A DNA stretch of 64,000 nt, taken from NCBI GenBank assembly GCA_963751455.1, contig CAVVUN010000015.1:1376001-1440000 (forward strand), given 5' to 3'. The position numbers and the translations under genes are program-made. The DNA is from Nitrospirota bacterium. GTDB taxonomy: Bacteria > Nitrospirota > UBA9217. This document shows, piece by piece, positions 7,872-18,620 of the stretch (position 1 is its first letter; every line of letters starts with the position of its first letter). The notes under the pieces were generated by a model that did not search any database, had not been told where the DNA came from, and saw nothing but the letters and a program-made list of their open reading frames with translations.

Positions 7872-10646
7872 ATGAGACGAGCATTATTGATTGCTTTAAT
7901 ACTTTTCTGCTTTGTGACTGTGAATAAAGCAATTGCACAGAGTCAGACTGTAACAAATGGACTCAGCTACCTATCAGCAACGCAGAATCCTGACGGATCG
8001 TGGAGTGGCCCTGCTACCTCTGCTGTTTACAACACTTTTACATCACTTGAGGCTCTATTGGCTTTCAATAAAATTGATGCCAATTACGGTGTAGGCCTGC
8101 AATGGTGCCAATCGTATCCTGCCGTCAATGTCGATTATCTATCGAACAGAATCATGTTGCTGTCCAGAAGCAATCTCAGCTATACGGATGATTTAAATAC
8201 TTTGCTTTCCCTCTGCAACACGGACACCGGTGGATGGGGGTTGAAATCTTATTCAAACGACCTTCTCGATACTGCTCTTGCTCTCCAGGCGCTTAAGGCT
8301 GCAAACTATTCCGACTATTCGATACTGGCTCAAGCAATCAACTTTCTCACCTCGACTCAAAATTCAGATGGGGGTTGGGGCAGTACTGTTGGCGGTGAAA
8401 GTACTAATTATGTCACGGCACTGGTGCTGAAAGCATTGAGTGAATACAGCCGAGTCATTATCATGCAGGAAACAATCAGCAAGGCCTCTTCATATCTTCT
8501 CTCCAAACAAAATACTGATGGTGGATTTGGCAACTCGCCTTCCACCGTCTACGATACGGCATTATCTGTTATCTCTTTAATAGACAGTGGCAGCAACAGC
8601 ACGCAGTCAATTGTGAACGGGATAAATTATCTCGCATCATATCAGTCTCCGGACGGTAGCTGGGATCAGGACCCGTATTATACGGCGCTTGCTCTTCAGG
8701 CATTGGCTGCTGCGCGACCAAATCTTACTGTTAGCAATATCTCTCTCTCCCAACCCATGCCCAGGGAAGGGGAGGAGACGATAATTACGGCGACAATAAA
8801 GAATGCCGGTTTTGAAGACACTTCCAATGTAGTGGTGCGTTTCTATATTGGTGACCCTTCGGCGGGAGGGGTTCAGATCGGTGTTGATCAAATAATTCCG
8901 TCTTTATCTGTTAATTCAACAGCGCAGGTCTCAGTAAATTCATCTTTCTCAGGAACAGGCGGCAAGACAATATTCGTTGTTGTTGATCCGGACAACAGCA
9001 TCTCCGAAACATCTGAATCCGACAATAAATCCTCCGCCCGTATTTGGGTGGCGACGGGGCCTGATCTGGCGGTTTATTCCGAAGACCTGAAACCGTCCAC
9101 GTATGTCCCGGTATCGGGAACTCCGTTCACTCTTGGATATAAGATCAGAAATTTGGGTGAGTCGGGTACAGGTGCATTTTCTGTAGCGCTCTATGATGGT
9201 GCGCCGGATGCAGGCGGTACTCTTCTTCAAACCGTCAATATTTCCGGTCTTGCAGGGACGGAAGTACGAAGCGGGAGTGTCGGCGTTACATTGACCGGCA
9301 ACGGTTCACACACCCTATATCTTGTCGCAGATAAGGATAATGCGGTCACTGAAATATCCAAAACCAACAATACCGGCTCAGTTACCGTCCAGGTAGGAGG
9401 TACGCAGAAGTTTGCGGACCTTATGGTAGGGATGATACAGATTACCCCAGCCCGGCCGACTACTGGTGAGATGGTGCAGATAACCGCGCCGATCCGGAAC
9501 AAAGGGTCTGAAGCGGCGTCGTTCTTTACTGTAGAGATATTCGACGGCCTCCCAGATGCCGGAGGCACGCTGATTAACGCGCAAACGATTTCACTTGCGT
9601 CTGGCGCTGAACAGATCATTACCGCGAATTGGGCAATCGCGTCAGGTATTCACGATCTCTATCTGATCGTTGACCGCTCCAACCAGATCAACGAGACAAA
9701 CGAAACGAACAATCAAACAACGCTGCGCGTCATGCCTGACATGGTCGACCTTTTGATCTCTGCAACAGATTTGACATTCACGCCTGAGCATCCGGTGAAC
9801 GGGGATATTGTGCTTTTGTCAGCCGAACTGCATAATACCGGGATCAAGGACACTGGTGCATTCAACTTTGCACTCTATGACGGAGATCCGGCAGCAGGAG
9901 GCACACTTTTAAAGACCTTCTCCATCGCGAACATTGCCGGTGATGCAAGCACGACCGTAACCTACAATCTTACCGCTGTTCCCTGGACCTACCGGTTCTA
10001 TGCCATTGCCGACACGGAAAACGTCGTCACCGAACTTTACGAGGCAAACAACCTCGCAATCCGCTCCCTCAAGATAAAAGCCCCCGGGGAAATCCTCGGC
10101 CCGGACCTTGTCCCAATTGATATCGATCTTACAGAAGCAACCACCAACTCCCAGACCCTTGCACTATCCGGCAAAGCAAAGGTCACGTTCCAGAATAAAG
10201 GAAATGACAAAGTCATCATATTCGACGATAAAGACAACGATAATCGTTACACGGCAGAAACGGACACATTACTCGGCACGGGCGCTATTGCAATAAAGAA
10301 TCTCGATGATGATCAATATTCCGAGATCGTTCTCCTCATTACCCATGTACAATCCCAGCCTGTATATATGGAAGGAAGCGTCTATCTGCTGGAACACGAC
10401 GGCAACGTCAAATGGGGGCCGGTATATCTCAACAATCTTGCGCCCGATGCGCTGTCCGCGTCGTATAATGGTGCGAAGGTCAAGACCGACCTCGATGAAG
10501 CCGGTGAGCCGCTCATCATCATCAACATAAACGATAAAGACGTAATTCTGGACAGGGACGGATATTTGTGGCAGCGGTCCGAACAAAGAAGATCGCCGCT
10601 CAACCAGATAAACAAGTCAAACGTGACGAACAATACCTCACGATGA
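7872..10646 (+). CDS. Secreted prenyltransferase-repeat + CARDB protein, short form (copy 2, 924 aa)
   Basis: Signal peptide MRRALLIALILFCFVTVNKAIA; QNxDGSW/GGWG repeats; CARDB units; gaggt RBS. Confidence 0.85.
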   Translation: MRRALLIALILFCFVTVNKAIAQSQTVTNGLSYLSATQNPDGSWSGPATSAVYNTFTSLEALLAFNKIDANYGVGLQWCQSYPAVNVDYLSNRIMLLSRSNLSYTDDLNTLLSLCNTDTGGWGLKSYSNDLLDTALALQALKAANYSDYSILAQAINFLTSTQNSDGGWGSTVGGESTNYVTALVLKALSEYSRVIIMQETISKASSYLLSKQNTDGGFGNSPSTVYDTALSVISLIDSGSNSTQSIVNGINYLASYQSPDGSWDQDPYYTALALQALAAARPNLTVSNISLSQPMPREGEETIITATIKNAGFEDTSNVVVRFYIGDPSAGGVQIGVDQIIPSLSVNSTAQVSVNSSFSGTGGKTIFVVVDPDNSISETSESDNKSSARIWVATGPDLAVYSEDLKPSTYVPVSGTPFTLGYKIRNLGESGTGAFSVALYDGAPDAGGTLLQTVNISGLAGTEVRSGSVGVTLTGNGSHTLYLVADKDNAVTEISKTNNTGSVTVQVGGTQKFADLMVGMIQITPARPTTGEMVQITAPIRNKGSEAASFFTVEIFDGLPDAGGTLINAQTISLASGAEQIITANWAIASGIHDLYLIVDRSNQINETNETNNQTTLRVMPDMVDLLISATDLTFTPEHPVNGDIVLLSAELHNTGIKDTGAFNFALYDGDPAAGGTLLKTFSIANIAGDASTTVTYNLTAVPWTYRFYAIADTENVVTELYEANNLAIRSLKIKAPGEILGPDLVPIDIDLTEATTNSQTLALSGKAKVTFQNKGNDKVIIFDDKDNDNRYTAETDTLLGTGAIAIKNLDDDQYSEIVLLITHVQSQPVYMEGSVYLLEHDGNVKWGPVYLNNLAPDALSASYNGAKVKTDLDEAGEPLIIININDKDVILDRDGYLWQRSEQRRSPLNQINKSNVTNNTSR

Positions 10647-12130
10647 AAAAGAAAACAAAGCCATCACTAGCCAAAGCGAACAGGCCGCTCGCCCGAGAGT
10701 GGCACCCGACAAAAAACACGCCGCTCACGCCCAGGGACGTAACGCCGGGCTCCAGCAAGAAAGTATGGTGGCTGTGCAAAAAAGGCCATGAATGGGAAAC
10801 CTACGTAAAATGCCGAAGTAAAGGCTATGGATGTCCCTATTGTTCAGGACGATATCCAACAGACAGTAACAACCTTGAAGCTGTAAATCCCCAGCTTGCA
10901 AAGCAGTGGCACCCGATAAAAAACGCTCCACTGACACCAAGGGATGTAAAATCCTGTTCTAGAAAAAAGGTCTGGTGGAAATGCAGCAAAGGCCATGAGT
11001 GGGAGGCCGTTATCTCCGACAGAGGTCGGAACGGCTGTCCTTACTGTTCAGGGCGCCGGGTCTCTAAAGATAATTGCCTTCAGGTCGTCAAGCCACGGCT
11101 TGCCCGGGAATGGCATCCGGTAAAAAATGCTCCCCTAACGCCGAAGACCGTAACGACCAGTTATTTCAGGAAGGTCTGGTGGATATGCCGAAAAGGCCAT
11201 GAGTGGGAAATGACCATATACAACAGGAGTGAAGGCCAGGGCTGTCCTTATTGCTCAGGGCGTAGGGTATGTAAAGAGAATTGCCTTCAAACGATAAACC
11301 CGCTGCTCGCCCGCGAATGGCATCCGACCCGGAACATACCATTGACGCCAAGGGATGTAACACACGGGTCAGCAAAAAAAGTATGGTGGATGTGCGAGAA
11401 ACACCACGAATGGGAAGCAGAAATAGCGAGCAGAAACAGCGGAGTCGGCTGTCCTTATTGCTCAGGCCGAGCGGCGGCCGAAGACAACTGCCTTCAGACC
11501 ATAAATCCGAAACTTGCCTGCGAGTGGCATCCAACCAGGAACAGGCCGTTGACGCCAAAGAACGTAACCGCTTTTTCCAATCGACAAGTGTGGTGGAAGT
11601 GCCCTAAAGGTCATCAATGGGAGGCTGTGATAGGTGAGAGAAGTAGAAGCCGGGCCGAGTGTCCCTACTGTTCAAGGCAGCGGGCGAGCAAAGAATATTG
11701 TCTTCAGAGCATAAATCCCGGACTTGCGCGGGAATGGCATACAACGAAGAACGGTTTGTTAACTCCGAACGATGTAACTCCTTTCTCAGCCAAGAAAGTA
11801 TGGTGGAAGTGCAGAAGGGGTCATGAATGGAAAGCCGTTATTAACAATAGAAACCGGGAAAGCCTCGGATGCCCTTACTGCTCGGGGTACCGGGCTACGA
11901 AAGAAACCTGTTTACAGACGGTTAGCCCGCGGCTCGCCAAAGAGTGGCACCCAACAAAGAACGCCGCGTTGACTCCGAAAGAAATTGCTCCTTTTTCTTC
12001 GCGACTGGTGTGGTGGAAGTGCAGGAAGGGACACGAAGCGCAGGAACGAGTCATCGATAGATATAAACGAGGAGGCTGCCCTGTATGTACACTGAAGGCC
12101 AAAGTGCCCTGGTTGTTTGAGGCAACGTAG
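10643..12130 (+). CDS. Zinc-ribbon (treble-clef, DUF4379-like) repeat protein, 7 repeats
   Basis: Seven repeats of LAxEWHPxKN...KVWWxCxKGHEW...CPYCS; ATGA overlap with the upstream stop. Confidence 0.88.
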   Translation: MKKKTKPSLAKANRPLAREWHPTKNTPLTPRDVTPGSSKKVWWLCKKGHEWETYVKCRSKGYGCPYCSGRYPTDSNNLEAVNPQLAKQWHPIKNAPLTPRDVKSCSRKKVWWKCSKGHEWEAVISDRGRNGCPYCSGRRVSKDNCLQVVKPRLAREWHPVKNAPLTPKTVTTSYFRKVWWICRKGHEWEMTIYNRSEGQGCPYCSGRRVCKENCLQTINPLLAREWHPTRNIPLTPRDVTHGSAKKVWWMCEKHHEWEAEIASRNSGVGCPYCSGRAAAEDNCLQTINPKLACEWHPTRNRPLTPKNVTAFSNRQVWWKCPKGHQWEAVIGERSRSRAECPYCSRQRASKEYCLQSINPGLAREWHTTKNGLLTPNDVTPFSAKKVWWKCRRGHEWKAVINNRNRESLGCPYCSGYRATKETCLQTVSPRLAKEWHPTKNAALTPKEIAPFSSRLVWWKCRKGHEAQERVIDRYKRGGCPVCTLKAKVPWLFEAT

Positions 12131-12206
12131 GATTTGTCATGGTGACGGACCGGCTGGCTGGGAATTAGAGTCATAGCGAAATTGCAAAATGCTGCAAAAG
12201 ATGGCG

Positions 12207-12254
12207 CTAAAGTTCAAATTTTACGTTGACATTTAACACAACTTTTATAATAAT
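12207..12254 (+). promoter_or_regulatory. Conserved upstream motif / putative promoter of carrier 2
   Basis: ctaaagttcaaattttacgttgaca...acttttataataat; matches 3497-3545. Confidence 0.55.
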
Positions 12255-12548
12255 GCTTTTGCAACTAATGGTTGTGTATGGCTGATTGGAAGAGCCAAAG
12301 CTGCAAATTCATAAGACCTCAATTTTCGATTACATACCCCATGCGGGGTATTTGGGGTAGTCAAAGATTTCTCATTGACGACATGCGCCCTTTATGCTAC
12401 AAAAGTATTCATAAACAAAACCCTTCCTAAATTCACTCACTGGTCGAACGAATTGTTGTTTGGCCGGATAAATAGCATTTCTGTTTTTGCTTCAAAGTAA
12501 CCTCGCTTTCAGATACTGCTTTAAAACCTGAATAAACGGAGAGATGCC

Positions 12549-15500
12549 ATGTGTGTGAAGACGTTTTATCGGTTTTTGCGACCCATAACGTATTTCGTAT
12601 TATTCTTTTTTTGCTGGTCTTATATGGAATTGTTCATGATTCCTACCGCGATCGCCGCTCAACAGAAGACAGAGGCCGGAACACAGACAATAGAGGATAG
12701 CCGCAGACTTCAGTCTGTGGAAGGGCAAAAGCCGGAAGAACGGTTCGAGCGGCTGCTGGATGATATCCGCGAGACGGTCGGCAAAGCTGGGGATAAAGCC
12801 GCGAAAGGCGAAAATGCCTCCTTGGAACTTGAGATGATAAAAAGCAGAAAGGCAGAAATCGCAAATCTCCGGGATGAACTGAACAAAGAATTCGATGCTA
12901 CAGCCAAGCGTCTCAGGGACGGGAAGCTACCGAGCGTCATCATTTCCCGTCACGAAAAATTCGTGGAGAGTTTTGAGCGCAATTACAAGGAACTGCAGGA
13001 TGCGCTGAATTCAGTACAGCAGGCTAAAACAAAGAACGAGAAGCAGCAGGCTTACCAGAAGGCAAGGGCGTTCCTCGAATCGGTCAGGCCCAAAAGTCGC
13101 CATCAAAAGCTCGATCCTGAAAACATGCCGTTCAAGGCAAGGAAGGCCGCGAAGTGGCGCGAGCCGCGACTTAAAAAAGAAGAGTTCAAAGAATTTGGGA
13201 CGCAGAAAAATAAGAACACTCTGCGAACTGCTTTAATTGGCCACAAAGATGCACAAAAAGCACAAGAGGTTAGTGGTGGAGATATTTACTCTGAACTAAG
13301 CCTGTCCTCGAATGTTCCTGTCGGGGCAACTCTGAACTCTCGGCTGAAGGCCTCACCGATTTTACTTGCATACAACGACATTGCCAGCGACGCTCCGTTC
13401 ACACTCCCTCGACCCATCGTGGGAGAGGGTGGGGGTGAGGGGGCCATTCCGCAAATCGCCTTCTCCGACCCAATTTTGAATATTGAATCCGGCATGTTGA
13501 ATTTGGCGCAAGCCGTAGACGCGCCAGCTGCTGCCGATCTTGCCGAAAATGGAATAGACGTTCAGTTCGCAGACGCGATAAAAGTCAAGGCGCAAGAACT
13601 TGGGTACTCCCCGGTCAAAATTTATGAATGGGTCAGAAACAACATTGAATATATTCCCACCTACGGCTCAATCCAGGGCGCAGATATGTGTCTCCAGACG
13701 AAGCAGTGTAACGACTTCGATACCGCAAGTCTGCTTATTGCGCTTCTCAGAGTATCAGGAATACCGGCACGGTATGTATATGGCACTGTTGAAATATCGA
13801 TTGACAAAATCAAGAACTGGACAGGTGGATTTAGCGATTCCACGGCAGCATTGACGTTGATGGCTTCCGGCGGGATTCCCGTTGCCGCAGGCATGTCAGG
13901 AGGAGCAATTACCAAAGCCAGATTCGAGCATACATGGGTAGAAACGTACATACCCTACGGCAACTACCGGGGCAGCATGCGAGACGACAGTTTGAGAACC
14001 TGGATTCCCATGGACGGGAGTTACAAAGAATTCACATACACGAACGGTTTCGACGTCACGGGAGCTGTGCCGTTCAACCAAGACGAATATCTTAGCCAGG
14101 TACAGAGCCAGAATGCAGTCCATTACTATCAGAGCAAAATACAGGCATATCTCGACGTCAACATGCCGGACAAATCTATCATAGACGTCAAAGGCTACCG
14201 GGAGATCAAGCAGGAAAAGTATCCGTTCCTTCCTTCAACGTTGTCATACAAGGTCATGACACTGGGAGGTAAATTTTCGAGCATTCCGGCGAATATGCAG
14301 GCAACGGCAACATTCACTCTGTCTAATCCGTCCACCGGTTCAAATATTTCATACATGGCATCTTTGCCTGAACTCGCCGGGAAGAGAATAACCGTTTCGT
14401 ACATCCCCGCCACCCCCGATGACGAGGCCCTGATAGCGAAATACGGAGGTTTCCTCTACGATGTGCCTGCGTATATGCTGAACCTTAGAGCCATACTCCG
14501 CGTCGAGGGCGTCATCAAACTCACGAGTGACGTAACCACGCTCGGTTCTGAGCAGGGCCTGACCATGCAGTTCAGTCAGCCGAACGGGAACAGTGAAACC
14601 GTGAACAAGATGCTGATTGCCGGCGCATACTACGCTGTTGGACTGGATACTCAAGGAATAAATGAAAACGTGCTCGGCAAGCGGAATTATCAATTAAATA
14701 CAAACGTCCTGACACAAACCGCAGGAACACTAGGTAACGATGATCTTATCGGAGAATATCTCTATATTCGTGCGATAACATATTTTCTCGCGAACAACAA
14801 ACTATACAAAGGGGCAGCAAAGCTTTATAACACTGCAATGATGAGGGCGATTTCGGAAGGAATAACGTCAACGCCTCTCAAGGTTTCATACGTGTTTTCA
14901 ATTCCGAAAACTGCTACTCCTTCAGGAGTCGAGATAGACGTCGCCATGGACCGGATTGTCGCTGTTGCGAAAGACGGCAACGTTAACAAAGAAAAAGCAT
15001 TTATGAATATATCAGGTTTGGTTAGTTCCTACGACGAGCATGATGTATTTGAAAAATTAGACGAGTTTCCTTCGGTTTCTGCGGTACGGGCACTACAAAT
15101 CGCCGCGACAAATGGTATCTCGATTTATACAATAAACTCAGCGAATATTGCACAGGTTTTGCCAACAATCCAGGTCGATCAAGAAGTTAGAAAGGATATT
15201 CAAAATGCAGTAAATGCCGGCAAGGAAGTGACAATATCTCAAACGAATGTCCGGATCGGCGATTGGCTTGGTGTCGGATATATAGTAAAAGATCCAATAA
15301 GCGGCTCCGGAGCCTATCGAATAAGCGGCGGGCTGGGCGGAGCACTTAGCACAGCGGTTTTTGTCGGAGTTGCAATAGTGGCGTTATATAAAGGGCCGTA
15401 TGGGTGGATAAAAGACCAGCTTGATCCACAGACAAGACGCAATATTGTAACAGCAGCGGAGCTTGAGGTTGGAAATATGATTATAGGGATCACAGAACAA

Positions 15501-16022
15501 ATTGTCGATATGAGTTATGATACGGTAGATTGCTCACATTTAGTGAGAATTGCATATTGGGCGGCAGGTATTTGCTTAGATGACGGAGTAGGTAGCGATT
15601 GTACCAGAAATAACCTCGTAAGAAAACATCATGTTCCTGGAACAGGTGGAGCTTCATATTTTTTCAATTTGGCCGACCATATAAAATTTAATAATAGCAT
15701 TAGACAGTCCAATGACCCTTTAATTGGCGATATGGTTTTCTTTAGATATGGTACAAGAATAGGTCATGTAGGGATTGTGATTTCTGTCCCTAATGACAGA
15801 GGCACGATACAGATAATTGATTCGACTGGCAGTCGAGGCGTGGATTATAGAAAGATGAATATTAATCTCATTAATTGTGACGAAAACTGGCCACCATTAA
15901 CGAGAAGAACTTCAACTGACCCGCCTGCGCCAACTTGTTGTACATCCTGTACCGCTGGAAATCTATTTTCTGGATTTGGTACAGTCCGGGATGTTCCCTG
16001 TGATGATATCTCTCATCAGTGA
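12549..16022 (+). CDS. Secreted transglutaminase-like-core polymorphic toxin candidate 2 with C-terminal NlpC/P60-like domain
   Basis: Signal peptide ending AIA-A; TGc-like core (CNDFDTASLLIALLRVSGIPARYVYG, EHTWVE, WIPMD); hinge YRISGGLGG (15327-15341); tip with DCSHLV...GDMVFF...HVGIV. Confidence 0.82.
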   Translation: MCVKTFYRFLRPITYFVLFFFCWSYMELFMIPTAIAAQQKTEAGTQTIEDSRRLQSVEGQKPEERFERLLDDIRETVGKAGDKAAKGENASLELEMIKSRKAEIANLRDELNKEFDATAKRLRDGKLPSVIISRHEKFVESFERNYKELQDALNSVQQAKTKNEKQQAYQKARAFLESVRPKSRHQKLDPENMPFKARKAAKWREPRLKKEEFKEFGTQKNKNTLRTALIGHKDAQKAQEVSGGDIYSELSLSSNVPVGATLNSRLKASPILLAYNDIASDAPFTLPRPIVGEGGGEGAIPQIAFSDPILNIESGMLNLAQAVDAPAAADLAENGIDVQFADAIKVKAQELGYSPVKIYEWVRNNIEYIPTYGSIQGADMCLQTKQCNDFDTASLLIALLRVSGIPARYVYGTVEISIDKIKNWTGGFSDSTAALTLMASGGIPVAAGMSGGAITKARFEHTWVETYIPYGNYRGSMRDDSLRTWIPMDGSYKEFTYTNGFDVTGAVPFNQDEYLSQVQSQNAVHYYQSKIQAYLDVNMPDKSIIDVKGYREIKQEKYPFLPSTLSYKVMTLGGKFSSIPANMQATATFTLSNPSTGSNISYMASLPELAGKRITVSYIPATPDDEALIAKYGGFLYDVPAYMLNLRAILRVEGVIKLTSDVTTLGSEQGLTMQFSQPNGNSETVNKMLIAGAYYAVGLDTQGINENVLGKRNYQLNTNVLTQTAGTLGNDDLIGEYLYIRAITYFLANNKLYKGAAKLYNTAMMRAISEGITSTPLKVSYVFSIPKTATPSGVEIDVAMDRIVAVAKDGNVNKEKAFMNISGLVSSYDEHDVFEKLDEFPSVSAVRALQIAATNGISIYTINSANIAQVLPTIQVDQEVRKDIQNAVNAGKEVTISQTNVRIGDWLGVGYIVKDPISGSGAYRISGGLGGALSTAVFVGVAIVALYKGPYGWIKDQLDPQTRRNIVTAAELEVGNMIIGITEQIVDMSYDTVDCSHLVRIAYWAAGICLDDGVGSDCTRNNLVRKHHVPGTGGASYFFNLADHIKFNNSIRQSNDPLIGDMVFFRYGTRIGHVGIVISVPNDRGTIQIIDSTGSRGVDYRKMNINLINCDENWPPLTRRTSTDPPAPTCCTSCTAGNLFSGFGTVRDVPCDDISHQ

Positions 16023-16087
16023 TAATAATCTGCCAAACTGATGATGTTTCAGATAAAGAGATGTAGAGATGATTATTGGAGGAGACC

Positions 16088-17044
16088 ATGAAGAAATGTA
16101 ATGCAATTTGGATTCACCTATTAGTTATAGTTGTATTCGGAGTGCATACGTTTGCGAATGATGTAAATGCCGAAGCGAAAATTGTCATAAATGCCTCTAT
16201 CGGTGCATCTGATGGACAGTTTGGATATAAGGTATTCGAAGATGGTTCGTGGGTTGAACCATCCGCTATAGCAATAGATTCAAAAGGAAACATCTATGTT
16301 GCTGATCCTGTAAACAATCGTGTCCAGAAATTCAGCAAAGATGGCAAATTTATATTTAAGATTCAAATTAATGTTCCCGCTAAGCGCTATGCGGAAATTA
16401 TAAATGATATAACGGTTGATAAAGATGATAACTTGTATGTCTTAAGCCGACATGAGAAAGCAATATTCATATATGCTCAAAAGGGCAACCTTGTAAAGTC
16501 AATAAATTATGAAACGTCAATTGTAGTCGATAAAATTGCTTTTGTTGATGAAAATTATATTTATTTATATCATCACGTCAGCGAGAAGTTAATTAAACTA
16601 AACAAAATAGGGGGCTTGGATAATAAATGGGATGCAGTAACTGCATACTTTAACGTAGATGGGGATTTATATATCTCCGGCAATAAGGGTGATTGGAGAA
16701 AATATGATAAGAATGGAAAATTAATCGGCTTAACCTCTTGTGAAAAAGAAAATATCAAGGTGTATTTCCCGGTTTCAGAAGGTAGCGGATGTCAGTTTCC
16801 GCCACAATTTATAGATCGAGACGGGAAACGATATTATTTAAAAATTGAATTGCATCCCAAGAAGTTGACATCTGTTTTGATTTTTGATCGTGCAAGTAAA
16901 TTTATAAAAAAAATTACTTTGCCTTTTGCTGCTGAATTATATTCAAAATCTAATTTAGTTAAATTTGGTAATGATGGCAACTTTTATTCCGTGTATGGTC
17001 ATCCTCAAAGTGAATTTCAGCTCATGCGAATTGATTTAATTTAA
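16088..17044 (+). CDS. Secreted NHL-repeat beta-propeller protein, putative immunity protein
   Basis: ggagga RBS; signal peptide; PSAIAIDSKGNIYVADPVNNRVQKF and ITVDKDDNLYV NHL repeats; visibly AT-rich; directly follows the NlpC/P60 tip. Confidence 0.75.
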   Translation: MKKCNAIWIHLLVIVVFGVHTFANDVNAEAKIVINASIGASDGQFGYKVFEDGSWVEPSAIAIDSKGNIYVADPVNNRVQKFSKDGKFIFKIQINVPAKRYAEIINDITVDKDDNLYVLSRHEKAIFIYAQKGNLVKSINYETSIVVDKIAFVDENYIYLYHHVSEKLIKLNKIGGLDNKWDAVTAYFNVDGDLYISGNKGDWRKYDKNGKLIGLTSCEKENIKVYFPVSEGSGCQFPPQFIDRDGKRYYLKIELHPKKLTSVLIFDRASKFIKKITLPFAAELYSKSNLVKFGNDGNFYSVYGHPQSEFQLMRIDLI

Positions 17045-17060
17045 ATTAATGTCTTGGAGC

Positions 17061-18171
17061 TTAATCGCCGTTGCCAAAGACGGCGATGTAGGCAAAGAAA
17101 TACATGCAGCTAGCAGGACTTGTAAGTTCATACGATGAGCATGATATCTTTGAAAGGTTAGATGAATTTCCTTCGGTTTCAGCAGTAAGGGCATTGCAGG
17201 TTGCCGCGACGAACGGTATTCCAATCTATACAATAAATTCAACAAATATCTCGCAGCTATTACCAACGCTTCAGGTAGATACCGAAATAAAACAGGAAAT
17301 TTCTAACGCAGTAAATGCTGGAAAAGAAGTAATGATATCCAAGACAAATATTTCGATAGAGGACTTTGTCGGGGTAGGCTATATCATTAAAGACCCGATC
17401 ACTGGTTCTGGCGCTTATCTAATTAGCGGTGGCTTGGGCGGTGTGCTCAGTGCAGCTATCTTCGTTGGCGTAGCCATTGTTGCCTTATATAAAGGTCCCT
17501 ATGGCTGGATTAAAGACCGGCTCGATCCGCAAACGAGAAGGACTATTGCTACAGCTGCAATATTGGAATCATTCGAATATGCCCCAAACGAGGGTGAAAT
17601 TCAAAACGCAATTGCTGGCAGTATCACTTATTGCGCATCCTATTCGGGCATCGGTCAGTGTTCAGGACTGCTATATAAAGCTTACGCAGCAGCCGGAATA
17701 TATCTATTTGGGGCAGTATTGCAAAAAGAAGGTGGCAACTATAAAGATGGTTTAGATATTATATGGGGCATCCCGCAGTCAGGCAGATATCAAACTGAAA
17801 TTGCGTTTGACTTGGTAAATGCTCAGAAGGTCTATAAGGACGCCGGAGTAAGAACTACGAACGACCCGTTGAAGGGAGACATCATTTTCTTCAAAAATAC
17901 CTATACTCGTGACAAAACGAAAGACATTTCACAGCAGGGGATTACGCATGTAGGAATTGTTCTGGAAGGACCGGACTCTAATGGAAACATTACGTTTGCA
18001 CAAGCATCATCAAGTGCAGGGGTAGTGACAGATAGCATTCTCAATATTATAAACCCTTCCGCCAGCACTTTTATTAGATCGACACCGACGCCAGCTACTG
18101 CATCCCAACTTTTTGCCGGTTTTGGAACGGTCCGAAATGTTCTTCCTAATTTACTGGCAGCAGGGAACTAA
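17061..18171 (+). pseudogene. Orphan toxin C-terminal cassette (end of carrier core + alternative NlpC/P60 tip)
   Basis: Homology to the 12549 gene starts at ~17061 (LIAVAKDGDVGKE, frameshifted) and continues in ORF 17104-18171 through YLISGGLGG...DPQTRR. It then diverges: QCSGLL...GDIIFF...HVGIV. No signal peptide or TG core. Confidence 0.8.
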
Positions 18172-18230
18172 TGAAAGCGAAACGTCAAAATATTATATGA
18201 AGCTAACAGGAGCATCAAGATGCAAGAAAT

Positions 18231-18496
18231 ATGCGTCTGTTTACGATCTGTTTGCTAATCTTACTTGTGCCACTTGCAGGATGGACACAAGAGAAGGAAA
18301 AGAGAATTCGACTTAAAGAAGAAGTTGTCGTCAAAATTAAATATGGCAATAAGGACGGTGAATTCGGCCGTAAGGACCTGGAACAGGATGGCTCTATTAC
18401 GACAGAGGCATTTGCTTTGATACGGATAATAATATTTATATTGAAGATTCCGTTCATGAATCTCCAAGGGTCAAGGTGTTCAATTCCAGTTTTTGA
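18231..18496 (+). pseudogene. Frameshifted, truncated NHL-repeat immunity-like gene
   Basis: Signal peptide; GNKDGEFG resembles GASDGQFG of 16088. Restoring one base at ~18420 gives AFALDTDNNIYIEDSVHESPRVKVFNS (an NHL repeat), followed by a stop. Confidence 0.7.
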
Positions 18497-18620
18497 GAAA
18501 TATATTTTTTTTTAAATCCGAACGTCCGTATTCGTTTATAGTCATAGATATTGCAGTTAGGGATGGACTTTAATGGGCAAGCCCCTTAGGGCAATAAATT
18601 ATTATTAATCAGGAGGGACA

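Noticed and set aside
7872-8720. Squalene-hopene cyclase or prenyltransferase enzyme
   Set aside because: Only QW-type repeats are present, with no DxDD motif, and the protein is secreted and fused to CARDB domains; treated as a structural barrel.
10643-12130. Possible CRISPR array or DNA tandem repeat
   Set aside because: The ~210-bp periodicity is protein-level with synonymous divergence; there are no identical repeats with spacers and no cas genes.
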